A DNA stretch of 64,000 bases from Eledone cirrhosa (GCA_964016885.1 OZ024741.1:364436001-364500000), one strand, 5' to 3'. Positions 1-13,794 are shown, numbered from the stretch's first letter. Made by a program: numbers and translations. The notes: generated by a model from the sequence alone, not told the origin.

Positions 1-21
1 ATTTTTGTCTCAGTACCAAGT

Positions 22-325
22 GAAGGTGCATGGCTTAGTGGTTAGAGCATTGGGCTTGCAATCGGAAGGTTGTGAGTTTGATTCTTGGACCGGGTGATTC
101 ATTGTGTCCTTGAGCAAGACACTTTATTTTCCATGTTGCTCCAGAAATGAGTTGCCACGTCATTGGTGTCAAGCTGTATCGGCCTTTGCCTTTCCCTTGG
201 TGGTGTGGAGAGGGGAGGCTGGTATGCATTGGAAACTGCTAGTCTTCCACTAACACATTTGCCCGGACTTGTGCCTTGGAGGGAAACCTTCTAGGTGCAA
301 ATCCCATGGTCATTCGTGACCGAAG
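22..325 (+). mobile_element. tRNA-derived SINE with CORE-like body
   Basis: A-box TGGCTTAGTGG, B-box-like GTTTGATTC, then gtgtccttgagcaagacactt. Related copies at 40663-40977(-), 46410-46710, 54317-54440, 61340-61640. Confidence 0.75.
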
Positions 326-439
326 TGAGTAAATGAAATGGAGGAAAGATGAACATTCAGAAACAGCTGATAATCATTCCCACATGCTACTGAGATAGCT
401 GTGATATATTGATAGCTTAAACATTCATAGTGAGACTCC

Positions 440-471
440 TGCATGTGTGTGTGTATATATATATATATATA

Positions 472-502
<31 letters not shown>

Positions 503-542
503 CATGTGTGTGTGCGTATGTATATATATATATATATATGCA

Positions 543-580
<38 letters not shown>
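440..580. repeat. Compound (TG)n/(TA)n microsatellite
   Basis: Seen directly. Similar tracts at 1215-1450, 2250-2395, 34045-34330, 52010-52155, 62355-62447. Confidence 0.95.
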
Positions 581-1123
581 GTGCATTCTTTACATCAACT
601 GACAAAAATGAGAGAGGACGGTGCATGGGTACTTAAGACTTGGGATACCTTTTCATCTAAATTTGTGTAATTCGTCTAAAGGCCTAATTTGTTCTGTCTT
701 TCTCTCTACCTGTTTTGATATATCCCCATGTGCACTGAAATGAACGGTATCAACATTAATGCACCAAGACAAGAGTGATTTCCAGTGGTTGACTGAGGAG
801 ATGGAATTGTCCGTCTTTCTGTTATTTTTTCCATTCTTTGTCTGTGCACCTCCTATTTTGAATATATATATTTAAAAGACAACAAAAGGCTGGACTCGAA
901 ACATTTTTTTATGTTGTAAAACCACAATATACATTTCTAGGACCTTGTTACATCATCAGATCATGACATAATACTTTGGCGATGTCATCAGGTGTAGATT
1001 GCAAAGATTAGGTAATCGATAACAGGGCTACAGCAAACATGAACAATGAATAAACTTGATTCAGAGACGGCCCGCCATTTGGTGTTATTGTTGTGACGAA
1101 CCACCTCCAAATGTGTATGAGAA

Positions 1124-1214
1124 AGACAAGGTCATCTGACCTGGCTGGACTCACAACAGGACATCTCATCTAACCCATGCCAGCATGGAAAAGTGGACAT
1201 TAATGATGATGATG
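1124..1214 (+). mobile_element. Short 3' fragment of RTE LINE or RTE-tailed SINE with (GAT)n tail
   Basis: aacccatgccagcatggaaaagtggacattaatgatgatgat matches the 3' terminus of the RTE at 45920-45980. Confidence 0.75.
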
Positions 1215-1337
1215 TACATATGTATGTGTGTGTATATATATATATATATATATACTGTATATATATACATATTTAAATGAATTCTTTGTATATATGTATA
1301 TACATGTGTGTGCATATATATATATATATGTGTGTGT

Positions 1338-1415
<78 letters not shown>

Positions 1416-1814
1416 CTATATATATATATACACATATTTGCATATTTGTGTATAAACATAGTTTAACTTATGCCAAAGTCTCCATGGGTTAGAATGCAAG
1501 CAAAACTAATACCAGAGTGCTTTGCTCGCATGTATATATATAAAAACATAAATATATATATATATATATACAAACACATAGATGTACACACACACATATA
1601 TACCCATATAAGCACACACACACACATATACATATATATATGGTGGCTGCCAACTCGTTTTCGAGTACGGCCACTACTTTATATCCATGTAGGAGAACCC
1701 CTACCGATGCGCTGAACGAGTGTGACTTTTTAGTCCAGCCAGCGACTTGAAAACTCTGGTACAAACACTACACTTGTGACAATTATTGACACATAGTGCT
1801 GGCCCCATGGTACC

Positions 1815-2246
1815 ATGTGATGACAAGTGCAGAGAGATCTCCAGATATAAAGCAATGCCTGTGCCGTGAAGCTTTTATAGTGAGCAAAGGCACTGCACAA
1901 AGCCAGTCCCACTCTCTTAACCGAGATGATATTTACCAAAAAGAAGAACAAGTCAACATCATTGGATACCATCAGGGTTGCAGGTGTTATATCAGAGTTT
2001 TCCTTCTAGAATTCTGCCTTGACAAAGACTAAGGGGTCATCTCTCCCAGTGATTTTGGATGGCCATTGACTCTTAAGAGATCCTTTGCCCTTTGACAGGT
2101 TTTGTTTTTAGTCCTGCAGGATGTCCAAAGTCACCCTCCTCACCAAGAAACCTTGGTGGGGTTGCCAGTTTAGTCGCCAACGACCCGACCATGAGACAAG
2201 TTGTACTGGGATACATGTTACCAGTAGCACCAACTGGTGACCTGAC

Positions 2247-2248
<2 letters not shown>
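1815..2248 (-). mobile_element. Non-autonomous interspersed repeat, probably RTE UTR-derived
   Basis: Reverse complement of the repeat at 4705-4985 (ctaggagaaggcaactc...gagagtgggattggctcagtgcacag...ggcattgc). Confidence 0.5.
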
Positions 2249-2324
<76 letters not shown>

Positions 2325-3162
2325 CACACACATATATATATATATACATTTATATATGCACATACACATATATATGTATGTGCATATATATATAAACCCA
2401 TGCTAGCGTGGTAGATAGACGTTAAACGACGATGATGATGATGATAATGATGATTATATATATATATGCGTATTAATGTACATATAAATAAACGTGCACC
2501 CTTACATACACACATGAATATATATATATAGCTAGATTTAGTTTGCAGTTGAATGTCAGGAACTGTTGGAAGATATAATTGTGTTATCATCATAAAATGC
2601 ATGTACATACACTACACTGGCTTATTAATGCCAGTACAGATATGAGCGATAAAATAGCATCTTGTGTGTCATTTTATTTGGGAGGTCATATATTTCTTTC
2701 TTTCTTTTTTCTTTCTTTCTTTCTTTTTCTCTCTATTTCTTTCTATCACCCCCTCTCTTTCCAACTTTCTTTCTCTTCCCTGTCTCTCTTTCCTTCTTTC
2801 TCCCCCCCCTCTCTTTTTATTGTAGCCACCAAAAGTTTGTTCGAGATTAGGAAATAACATTGCAGTCATTTAACTCTTCTGATACAAAATTGTCTGAAAC
2901 AGCAGACAATTTAGTATCAGAAGAGTTCTATGGTACAGAGTCTTTGTTTTAAGTTGTTCATATTTATTTAAATACCTCTTGGCATTTTGTGTTATGCTCT
3001 AATGACGTTGACATGTGAAATATTCATAATAATCATATATCCCCCCTCTCTTATAATGACCATATGTCATTGTATGGAAACTAATATAAATAATTTTTTC
3101 AATTAAACATTTTTCTTTACTCTTCTGCTACCAAACTACCTTTGGTTCTATGTTTGATTTAA

Positions 3163-3383
3163 CCCTTCAGCATTTAAAATGGTCATATTTGGCCGGTATT
3201 CTCTCACCTCTTTCTATTCAAACTGGCCGTAACCAACTGCTCATACATATGTTAAGGTATTTTTCTCAAAATAAATAATATAAAAATCTTGTAGGTTCAA
3301 TATTATGTGAGATACTTATGTGAGATAAAGACTTTACTGCGAAAATATAATAGTAAATATGGAGTAATGTAAATGCTAAAGGG
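3163..3383. mobile_element. piggyBac-type MITE family 1 (TIR CCCTTTAGCATT)
   Basis: ttaa|cccttcagcattt ... aaatgctaaaggg. Internal sequence shared with copies at 5549, 7402, 16838, 20917. Confidence 0.8.
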
Positions 3384-4704
3384 TTCTGCAACCAACTTCT
3401 GCAACCAATTTCATTCACATTGTACTGGTCAATGTAAAGCTATACTTGAAGACACTTGCCCAAGAGCCATACAGTGAAAATGAACCTGAAACCAAGTGGT
3501 TGTGTAGCAAACTCCTTAACAGAGTCATGCCTACACCTATTTAAAATTTTGCACTATTTTACTTAATTACTTTGATCTGTAGATTTAGCAGGTTTTTTTT
3601 ATGAAAATAGTTGCAGATGTTTGGGATATACCATAGATATTTATTGTTTGTTGTTGTGCTTTGTGAAATTTATGCTTCTTTAAATTGTCTATTATTATCT
3701 TTTGACAATAACTATACTCAACTAGATGTATTGTGTACCCTTTTTTTCTGCCATTTGTACATGGAAACAATCACATACACTCAAACACATACTCAAACAC
3801 GCACGCACACGCACACAGACACACACAACCGCATGGATTCTAAGTGATAGTGAAGATATCTAAGATATCTAAGAGAGCTGTCACTCTGAATAAAAACTGA
3901 TATAGAGTAGCGAGGACTCTCCAGTCTTGTAACAACCTCTCTAGTTCTGGTGGCATAATAAAATACACCCAGTTTACTCTGTGAAGTGGTTGGTGATAGG
4001 AAGGGATATACAGCCAGAAAAAAAGCCCCTAAAACATATCTAGCACAGAATGTGTGTGTGATGTGCGCATACACAAACATATTTCCATATCTATTATGAT
4101 ACAACCATGCAACAATAAATATTAGACGATTCTACTCAGGCGTATTATTTTTTAAAGCTACTAACTGAAAAGAACTACTCTATAGCTTATAATGTAAATA
4201 CTTAATTTTCTATTATAATATATAATTCAATATAAATAATATTTCATTTTATACAATATTCAAGAATTTATTTTTTCTTTCTGTTTAATATTTATATATT
4301 TGCAATTTTAGACTTGAAAAGCTTTTCAGGCATACAAATTGTACAGTTTATATAAACTTATTGTTGATTTCCCCCAATGAAGAAATAAAAAAAAAGAAAG
4401 GAAGTAAAAGAAAACAAACAGGCAAAATATTATTATATTATATAATAAAACTATTGAAAATATTCACTATGATATGAAATAATTTTTATAACAAAGAGAA
4501 AAGTATAGATGTTGACTTAGGAAAATTTAAGTGACTGATTTTTCGTTTTCAATGTTGATAATGGAAGATTTGAATGAAACTTTGTCATTTGATAATAATT
4601 TTGTTAGATATGCCTGTATGTATGTATGTGTGTATGTGTAAATATGTATATACATGTATGCAAGTGTATATATGTGTATATATGTATGCATGTGTATGTA
4701 TATG

Positions 4705-4985
4705 TGCGAGGACATAGAAATAATCGGGCTGGATACCTGATTGCGCGGTTAAACCGCTGGGAGTGGAGGACCCCTAACCTTTGTCAGGGCATTCTTCTAG
4801 GAGAAGGCAACTCAGGAAACTGGGATAACTTCGACAAAAAACCTGCGGCTCAGTAGTTACCAATGATGTTGATCTTTTCTTCTTTTAGGGTTATAGCTAC
4901 TGTCGCTCAGAGAGTGGGATTGGCTCAGTGCACAGTCTTTCTTCACTTAAAAAAAAAATCCTCATGCATAGGCATTGCACGATAG
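4705..4985 (+). mobile_element. Second copy of the 1815-2248 repeat family
   Basis: Shared blocks ccaatgatgttga, gagagtggga.tggct, aggcattgc in opposite orientation. Confidence 0.5.
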
Positions 4986-5056
4986 CATTAATTGAAAATT
5001 ATTAATAATGTTATATCATGTAATGGCCATACTCGATAATGAGGGGGTAGCCATCA

Positions 5057-5102
<46 letters not shown>

Positions 5103-5548
5103 CTGGGTTTCCACACAGTTTCCATCTACCAAATTTCACCCACAAAGCATTGATCAATCCAAGGTTATAGTAAAAAGACACTTGTCCAAGTTGCCACATA
5201 TTGGGAATGGACCTAAAACCATGTGTTGCAAAGTCAAGTATTTAACTGTACAACAATCCCTGCACCCATTCTATAAGTCATTGTAAAACATATAGTGAAT
5301 ATATCAATATCTACTGTAACACAAATGTAATATATTGAGTATTGTCTGTTGAATGTTTGTTACTAACTTACTAGTGAGCTGAAAGAGTGTTCTGGGTATC
5401 AGCTTGTCTTCATAGTGCAAAGACAAGATGACACTGTTTTGGACAGGGATTGTGAAAAAAAATGTTATATAATTAAAATATTGCAAGCTGTTGTTAGAAG
5501 ATAGTCATGATCAAAGTAGACTAAAAAGACTGAAAAATATATACTTAA

Positions 5549-5793
5549 CCCTTTAGCATTTACATTACTCGATATTTACTATTGTATTTTCATTACTCTA
5601 TATTTACTATAATATTTTCACAGTAAAGGCTTTACCTCACATAATTATCTCACATATTATCAAATCTATGAGATTTTGATATTATTTATTTTGAGAACAA
5701 TACCTTAACATAAGTATGAGTGGCCAGTTATGAATTTGAACAGAAGGAGGTGAGAGAATTATGGCTGCATATGGCCAGTTTAATGCTAAAGGG
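5549..5793. mobile_element. piggyBac-type MITE family 1 with TTAA target duplication
   Basis: TTAA|CCCTTTAGCATT ... AATGCTAAAGGG|TTAA. Confidence 0.88.
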
Positions 5794-6482
5794 TTAAGAT
5801 ATATATATTCAATGCAGTTTTAAATTATAAGTTCTGGTTTGTGCTTGGCATAAACAGCATTTTACTATAAGGTCTCTTAGGTGGTAAGATGAGGGTATTT
5901 TTCTTTTGATGAACAGCCAACTAGCTGTGAAATATGTAATTAAATAAGTGTAGATATATCTATCTTAGATTTTCTAATATACATTGCATTATGCATAAAT
6001 ATTTATTATATAACAGTAATAGTTAGGACAAGCTGGAGAACACATGACTATTTAGAGAGATACCGCCTTTTAAACCCATTGAAAACAGCTGTATAAAACC
6101 AGTGATTTTAGGCTTCTTTGAAAACCTGTAATTTGTTAAAGGATCTCTCTAAACCAAGCATGACTTTCTTATATTTCATTTGATGGTACCAAAATAACTT
6201 ATATCTATATTTTTTCCCCTGTGATCATTCGGGCTGTTGCACTTTTCTGTTTCACTTCCTGTACATAAACTGAAATTAAGCCTATATTTCAGTATACTAT
6301 TCAGTTATACTACATTCACATTTACAAATCTTATTCCTCTTACATTAAACCGAAATGTCCTGAAATTACTTATCTGATAAGGGGGGAAAAATGGAACTAG
6401 TAAATAATAATTGTTGAGCACAATTCATTCTTGTTTAAAAATATGTTGTATTGCATATCTTTATTCAAGAATGTTGCTTTAA

Positions 6483-6914
6483 CCCTTTTGTTGCCATATT
6501 TCTAATGAAAGACACTGTCTATGATTTTCAAATAATTTTGAAAATAAGTAATAATTTAAAGGGATTAAATAATTATTTCTACTTTTGATACAAGGCCAGA
6601 AATTACCACAGTGCATTACTGGTACTTTATTTTATCGACTCCGTAAGGACAAAAGGCAAATTTAACCTCGGCGGGATTTCAACTCAGAACGTAAATGGCC
6701 ATAACTCTATGCTGCAACGCATGGTATCTGATGCTCTAACGATACTGCCAATAATGTAACTAACTTTATTATTAATAAGCTGATGATGCAAACATAACAA
6801 CGATTGTTTAATAAATGTATATGGAAGATTTTTAGATAAATATCAACACTTTAAGACAAACACTTTTGTAACATAGAACCAAAGGCGGTTTCACGGAGTT
6901 TGGTATTAAAAGGG
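6483..6914. mobile_element. piggyBac-type MITE family 2 carrying a nested SINE
   Basis: ttaa|cccttttgttgcca ... tggtattaaaaggg. Body shared with 23147-23359 and 31432-31669. SINE inserted at about 6570-6752. Confidence 0.75.
6570..6752 (-). mobile_element. ATT-tailed tRNA-derived SINE (Nin/Deu-like core)
   Basis: Reverse complement of the family consensus ttggcagtatcg...gagttcaaatcc...gcctttcatcc...gtcgataaaataaagtaccag...ccttgtgccaaaagtagaaa. Confidence 0.8.
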
Positions 6915-7123
6915 TTATTACAAGTCTGCACTTTATATCATCATTTAATTTGATGGAAAGAATTTGGTGTATTCACAGTGACATTGTCATTAGAAAAATG
7001 GTTTTCTCAGGCTTGGTACCTTCTCTGTGCAATATTGATTACATTTTAAAGTAGTGTCTGATAAAATAGGTTATTTTTACCTTGCCATGCGGTGTTAATC
7101 TCTCATAAAAAAGGAGAATTGAA

Positions 7124-7760
7124 ACTCTTTCATTACTATATTTCTAATGAAAGATACTGCCTATAACTTTCAATTAATTTTGAAAATAAGAAATCGAGTG
7201 AGATTTAGTAAAATAACTTTCTCATTATTTCATTATTAACCTGATATTCACACTAATAGAATTTCATTAGATTGCTGGTTCTGCTAACATCTAATCACAT
7301 AGCTATTGGAACATAACTTAAGAAAGGTTCTTACATAATATTATGATGGAAGGTTTTGAGATAAATTTAAAGGATTTTTATGATGATGATAAACACTTTA
7401 ACCTTTTAGCATTTAAACTGGCTGTTTCATCATCATCATCATCATCACCGTTTTACGTCCGTTCTTCCACGCTAGCATGGGTTAGACGGGTTGTCCTGTT
7501 GTGGGCAGTGTCTGGTCGGCTGTATCCGGCTAGAATTCTCTCACCTTTTTCTGTTCAAACCAGCTGTAACCGGCCACTCATACTGATGTTAAGGTATTGT
7601 TCTCAAAATGAATAACATCAAAATCTCATAGATTCGATATTATGTGAGATAATTATGTGAGGTAAAGCCTTTACTGTGAAAATCTAATAGTAAATATAGT
7701 AAAGGGTTAAGATAAACAGTTTTGTATTGTAGAACCAGGTAGTTTGATATCAAAAGGATT
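7124..7760. mobile_element. MITE family 2 containing MITE family 1 (7402-7706), which contains an RTE 3' fragment (7427-7522)
   Basis: TTAA at 7398-7401 and 7707-7710 brackets the inner MITE. The flanks rejoin as aaacactttaa/gataaacag, as in uninterrupted family-2 copies. Confidence 0.8.
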
Positions 7761-7939
7761 TATAGTAGAATGTATTGATGGAAGGTAATAGCGTAAATTG
7801 GAATCGGGGGAGAAAGGGGGGGGGGAATAGATACTGAAGGAGGAAGTAAGTGGAATTTTTGATTGAAATTTATTTGATCATGAGAGATAATATTCTTTAA
7901 TCAGATTGGTTAAGATAAAAGGGAATTGTCAAAGTCAAA

Positions 7940-9315
7940 GTAAATTGACATTATTATTGAAGAATATATTCATCAACGGTTCATATATTTATAAGATATT
8001 GATTATGTGTTATCTTTTACTTCTAATAAATTTGCAATATTACCAAGAAAGCAGCATAAAATATCCAGGCTTAAAGAATTTGAACATGTAAATGTTTTAA
8101 GAATAATTTAGGGAATTTACTTTCATGTTTTGGATATATATGGTTAAGGGGGATGAAGACATTTCTGTTTTCATTTTCTTTTCTCATTTCTAATTCTATA
8201 TCAGTGAACAAAATGAAATAAATTGGTGTGGTATGAAACGATAAAACCTGTAGTAAATACACCTAAACATTTTTTTTTTTTTTTTTTTTTGAAGATTATT
8301 GAAAACCTACATGTCACAACCATTCTTAATAGAAACATTTATATATTAAAGCAGTCTCTTGTTTATGTGTGTTAACTTATTTTGTACTTGGAAGAGGAAA
8401 ATACGTAAATTGTGTCCCTAGTGTTGCAACAATGTTTCTTCTAATTGTTATATCTATGCTGATAACTAAGCATTTAATTTTTCTTATGATTCTTTTAAAT
8501 TTGCTGCTGCGGCTACCAGGTCTCCTCACTATGCTTGTCCAGAGGTCATTCGGGTAAGATGGCTGTTAAACATTTCTGTGTTGTCAATATTTAACCGCTT
8601 CTTCAATATATGATATATATATTATATATATATATATGTATATGTATATGTATATGTATGTATTTGGTGTAACCTTCTTCCTGCATGAGATCAATGTGAT
8701 ATTTTTTTTTTGTCATGCTTGTTATCATCTCACAGCTGCTTTTTCATCCTCAATTTGTCTACTCATTTTCAGAAATTATATATTTTAATTAATATTTAAG
8801 AAGCATCACTAAATGCTAATGAATTGTTTCAATGTTTATTCAATTTTTGATCTTTTTTTTTTTTTTACTTCATCAAAGAACACTAATTTGCTTAATTTTT
8901 CTTAGCTGAAGGAATAAATTTGTGAATAATTTTTTTAATAACATTTTCTTTCATAGTTTTACATAAAATGTTGATGTACTCATTTACTCATTAGGCTGCA
9001 GCCATGCTGGGGCACTGCATTAATTTAGTTGTACATATTGACCTGAGTACTTTTTTTTTCAAGCATGGGACTTATTTTATCTATCTTCTTTTGTTGAACC
9101 ACTATGTAATGGGACAAAAACATAGACACAAACAAAAATGTAAATTGACATTATTATTGAAGAATATATTCATCAAAGGTTCATATATTTATTAGATATT
9201 GATTACATGTTATTTTGTACCTCTTCTAATAAATTTGCAATATTACCAAGAAAGCAGCATAAAATATACAGTCTTAAAGAATTTAAGGATGTAAATCTTT
9301 TAAGGATAATTTAGG
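7940..9315 (+). repeat. Direct repeat of about 173 bp (7940-8112 and 9140-9315) flanking the 34-nt exon
   Basis: Both copies run gtaaattgacattattattgaagaatatattcatcaa ... ataatttagg with scattered substitutions. Confidence 0.9.
8520..8553 (+). CDS. BRSK2: BRSK1/2 (SAD-1) kinase coding exon, 34 nt: (G)SPHYACPEVIR
   Basis: cag|G TCT CCT CAC TAT GCT TGT CCA GAG GTC ATT CGG|gtaag. CPE in place of the APE motif is typical of BRSK/SAD kinases. Joins in frame to the exon at 47939. Confidence 0.95.
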
Positions 9316-11271
9316 TACACACACATACATGATTGACATTTCATTCACAATGCATTAGTCAACCTCAGACTATAGTAGAAGACATTTGCTCAACGCGCCA
9401 ACCTGTTCAACTGAACCCAGAACCACATAGTATCAGATGGCAATGCTTGCACATATTTAGTGAGTAATTTAAAAATGCAAATGTCATAGATAAAACGATC
9501 AAATTATCAGATCCCTACAAAAGAGTTGAATTTAATGTAGTGTGCCAAATACAAGCTATCCTGGTGGCACCCATCATCATTTTCAAATCAATCGTTGGAG
9601 TGAAATAGGTATCAGTCCAATTAAAATTAAGATGCAATACTTGTGTTGTGCTCTCAAACACTTAGCATATGTTGAAACTTGGGTGCAGGCATGGCTGTTT
9701 AGTTAAAAAAAATTATTTCACAACAATATGGTTTGGTGTTCAATTTCACTGCATTATACCTTGGGCAAGTGTCTTCCTACCATACTGCTAAGTTGAACAA
9801 TGCCTTGTGAATGAAATAAACACTGTGAAATCTTATTGGAAGAATTGTTTTTGTTTTCAGGTGGTATACTTAATCTGTCCCCACTGTTTAACACACCACC
9901 AACTGGCTCTTGTTGCTTATAGTAGAGTATACTTTGATAGAAGCATTCATGTTGCATTTCTGATATGAAACCAATTTTCCTAGCTATCTTTGAAATCTTG
10001 AAAGGACTCATTGCTGTTGACTTTCTCTCACCAGTCTTCAGGGCCATGAAAAGGCTCATCAGCAATATGCTTCATCCCACCAGTGTTGAATTCTCTAACA
10101 AAGTTCATTGATACTACCATTCTTCATAAGAGGTAACAAAAAATCCACTTAAAACTGGGTTAGTGATTTGAGATAATTCAGACAATAAATTTATATAATA
10201 GTACCTTTATGAAAAAAAAAAAATGTTAAAGTTTGAGAGTTTCTTTGAATATAATGAATTATTTGATTTATGCAGTTTATTTATTCTCACATAGATATAG
10301 AACTGAGATAGCAACTGATGAGTAGTGATAAAAGGGGTTGTTTATTTCTGATTGAAGAAAATGTCTGATCATGTGTATATGTTTCTACTCATGCCTTCAT
10401 AGATATTTGGACAGACATGTATATTTGTGTTTGAACTATGGAATAGTCCATTGGTTTCCATGTTGAGTGTCCAGTTGTTTGACCAATGGTACATTCTGCT
10501 TATAAAATTAACATGTAAGTGGCTGAGCATTCCACAGACAAGTGTAGCCTTAATGCTACATAGTGTATGACAAGGCTGGCTCTTAGAATTACATGTACGA
10601 TAGTTCATCCTACAAGTTTCGAAACAGCTTCTGTCCACTCAGTTTTATACACAAGCCCTTGCTCACAGTACTATTGAACCTGGTATCTTATAATTGAAAA
10701 TTAAACTTCTTAACCATTCTGTCATGCTGCATCTAAGTGTTTGAAATGTATTTGCATGTGCAACTATGTGTGAGCATGTGCACACTTACACATACATAGT
10801 CAAACTCATACACACCACTTCTACAATAGCTGCATCATATGTAACTAAAACTACAATAACAATTTGGAAATTATCTTTATAGAGATGACTTCTTGTGTTT
10901 AACTAATGACTATTGAGAGGTATTAAACAGGTCAAGTTGTTTTAAGGACCATTGTTAAAGTGATTGCTAGATGAAGTGTTTCCATGGTTACTGAAATTTA
11001 TCAGATGTTATTTTTTTTATATTGGAGAGGTTGTGAATCAGCAGAAGTTGGATGGAATTCTTGCTCCTTGTATGCTGAGTTCAAATTCTGTCAAAGTTGC
11101 CTTTGCTTTTCATCCTTTCAGGTGTTGATAAATAAAGTACAAGTCTAGGGTGGAGATTTGGTAGAATTGTTAGAGCTTTATTCTGAGTTTTAATCCTGGA
11201 GTAGCCTACATGAAGGGTAGACTTGATTAATCATATAGTTATTACCACCACATATCCCTTGAAAATAATGA

Positions 11272-11482
11272 TTTCTAGTATCGGCACAAGGCCAGTAATT
11301 TGTGGGGAGGAGAAAGCCGATTAAATCGACCCCAGTATGTTACTGGTGCTTTACTTTATCGAGCCCGTAAGGATGAAAGGCAAAGTTAACTTCCGCGGGA
11401 TTTGAACTCAGACCGTAAAGGACCGTAACTCTATGCTGCAAAGCATGGTGTCCAGCTCTCTACCGATACTGCCTATCCACCG
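11272..11482 (-). mobile_element. ATT-tailed Nin/Deu-like SINE, full length, 15-bp TSD
   Basis: ccttgaaaataatga at 11257-11271 and 11483-11497. Confidence 0.88.
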
Positions 11483-13142
11483 CCTTGAAAATAATGAAAG
11501 GATTTAGTAATATAACTGATGTTGTTATTGTTTATCTGGTGTTTGGAACATATCTTACCAAAGTGCTTACATAGAATTATGATGGCTGGTTTAGATAAAT
11601 ATAAATACTTAAACCAAAACTGTATTATAGAACCAGAGGCAGTTTCTAACTGTTTGGTATTAAAAGGGTTAAATTATTTACTAAAGAATGTATTTTCCTG
11701 TCTTTTTAGATTAGCTTCAATGAGAATAGCTTCAGGGGTTTTAGATTTAACAAGACCTTCTTTGTTCACCAATGTTCTTTCATTCAAAAGAAATTTCTTC
11801 AGCTTCATTTTGTGTTAGTATTCAATAATTGTTTCAACATTTGGTGTTCCATAATGAACAGAAGTTGGCCATAATTAGTTCAATAGGGATCAGAGGTTTG
11901 GCCATAATTAATGTTGTCTTTCATTATCTGTAATGGAAGATAACACCTATAATTTTCAAATAATTTTGAAAATAATCAAGAATTTGAAGTGATTTAGTAA
12001 TATAGCTGACATTCTCATTATTAAGTTAGTATTTGGGATATAACTTAATAAAGGTCCTTACATAAACTTATGATGGAAAGTTTTTAGATAAATATAAACA
12101 CTTTAAAATAAACATCTTTGTATCATAGAACTAGTGTGGTTTCAAACAGCTTAAAGATTAAGATATTCACATATATTTTTACAACTGAACAGTGTGTATA
12201 TATTGGTATTTGTATATGGACATTTGTTTTGGATCTAAATATGAGAAAAGGTACATTTATATGTTGTCATTATTTAGCCCAGTTTAGCTAGATCCAGTAG
12301 ATCCAGCCATGACAACACCACTGTTTTATATATCAGACTCTACTTTGTCCAATGTGTTCCTTATATGACCATATTTCCAATAAGAATTTACTGCCTTTGT
12401 GTATTAATTATCAAAATAATTAAGAATTATGAGAGCTTTAGTAATACCTAACTTTCAACTTAAAACTTTAACTCTTTCCTGACTGTAATTCTAATAAAAT
12501 ACACTTTATTTCAATTAAGTATAGAAGAATTTGGAGAGATTTACTAAAAGTATTATTTATTTCATTTCTAAGCTAGTATAAAATTATGGTGGAATATTTA
12601 AATTCAAATAGCAACCTTTTAGAATAGGTGGTTTTGTTTCATAGGATCAGAACCGGTTGGAATCAAATGGGTTAATAGGGGTAGTGTTGGGCAAGTTGGT
12701 GATTATAGGGTGGGATTTGCAGTAGATTTGGCTGTTATTTCTAGCATATAGCACAACCACATAAAGGCTCCCTAATTAACCCAATATGTATACATGTTAG
12801 TGTTAGTATATTAACTTATGTGTGAATGTGTATGTCTACTTGATAATATTCACTCTAAAACATTGATCCAGCTTACTTAAATTACAAATGAAATATATTA
12901 TACAAATTCAATTGTTTTCAATAAAATCAATATTTTATGTGAGAAATCAATATTATAAAAAGGTGGTGGATTGACAGAACCAGTAGAGCAGCAGAAAAAA
13001 ATACCATGCAGTATTTAGTTACGCCTCTTTACATTCCGATTTGGAATTCCTCCGAGAATAATGTTGCCTTTCATCCTTCCAGGTTTGATCTAATCACTCC
13101 ACTGCTAGACTGACTATTCTCTTATTAGTTTCAGTTGTTTGA

Positions 13143-13515
13143 CTGTGCCCATGCTGGGGTACCTGCTCATGGTGGTGTACCTACCCATGCTGGGGTACCT
13201 GCCCATTCTGGGGTGCATGCCTGTGCTGGGGTGCCTGACCATGCTGGGGTGCCTGCTCATGCTGGGGTGCTTGCCCATGATCGGTGCCTGCTCATGCTAG
13301 GGTGCCTGCCTGTGGTGGGGTGCCTGCCTGTGGTGGGGTGCCTGCCTGTGGTGGGGTACCTGCCCATTGTGGTGTGCTGGGGTGCCTATCTGTGGTGGGG
13401 TGCCTGCCCATGCTGGGGTACCTGCCCATGTTGGGGTACCTGACCATGGTGGGGTACCTGCCCATGATGGGGTCCCTGGCCATACTGGAGTGCCTGCCCA
13501 TGGTGGGGTGCCTGC
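13143..13515 (+). repeat. 18-bp GC-rich minisatellite (consensus TGCCTGCCCATGCTGGGG), about 20 copies
   Basis: Periodicity seen directly. Embedded in a SINE-like sequence (tttcagt..tttgactgtg.ccatgctgggg...tatcgatcctagtactt). Confidence 0.9.
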
Positions 13516-13794
13516 GAGTGCCACTTTGAAAGTTTTTAGCTAATCATATCGATCCTAGTACTTGCAATTTTCATTCATGTTTGCTACTTATTTTATCGAT
13601 CTCTTTTTGTTGAACTGCATAAGTCATGGGACTTAAGCAAAGACACGAATATAACCACACATACACACACAATGAGTGGTTTCAGCACAGTTTCTGTCTA
13701 CTAAATTTCACTCATAAGGTATTGATCAAACCAAAGGCTGTAGTTGAAGCCACTTGCTGAAGGTGCCATGTAGTGGAATTAACATAATATGATA

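Noticed and set aside
590-960. Possible Penelope 3' end with hammerhead ([14 protein letters not shown]; ggctggactcgaaac)
   Set aside because: Similarity is too short and no CUGANGA core lies at the right spacing.
310-2608. Many [12 protein letters not shown] ORFs here and at 33977-34435 and 51986-52696
   Set aside because: Dinucleotide microsatellites lack stop codons; no coding evidence.
13135-13529. Repetitive AGVPAH/GTPP ORFs resembling structural proteins
   Set aside because: Open in several frames on both strands because the 18-bp GC-rich unit has few stops; no splice or start context.
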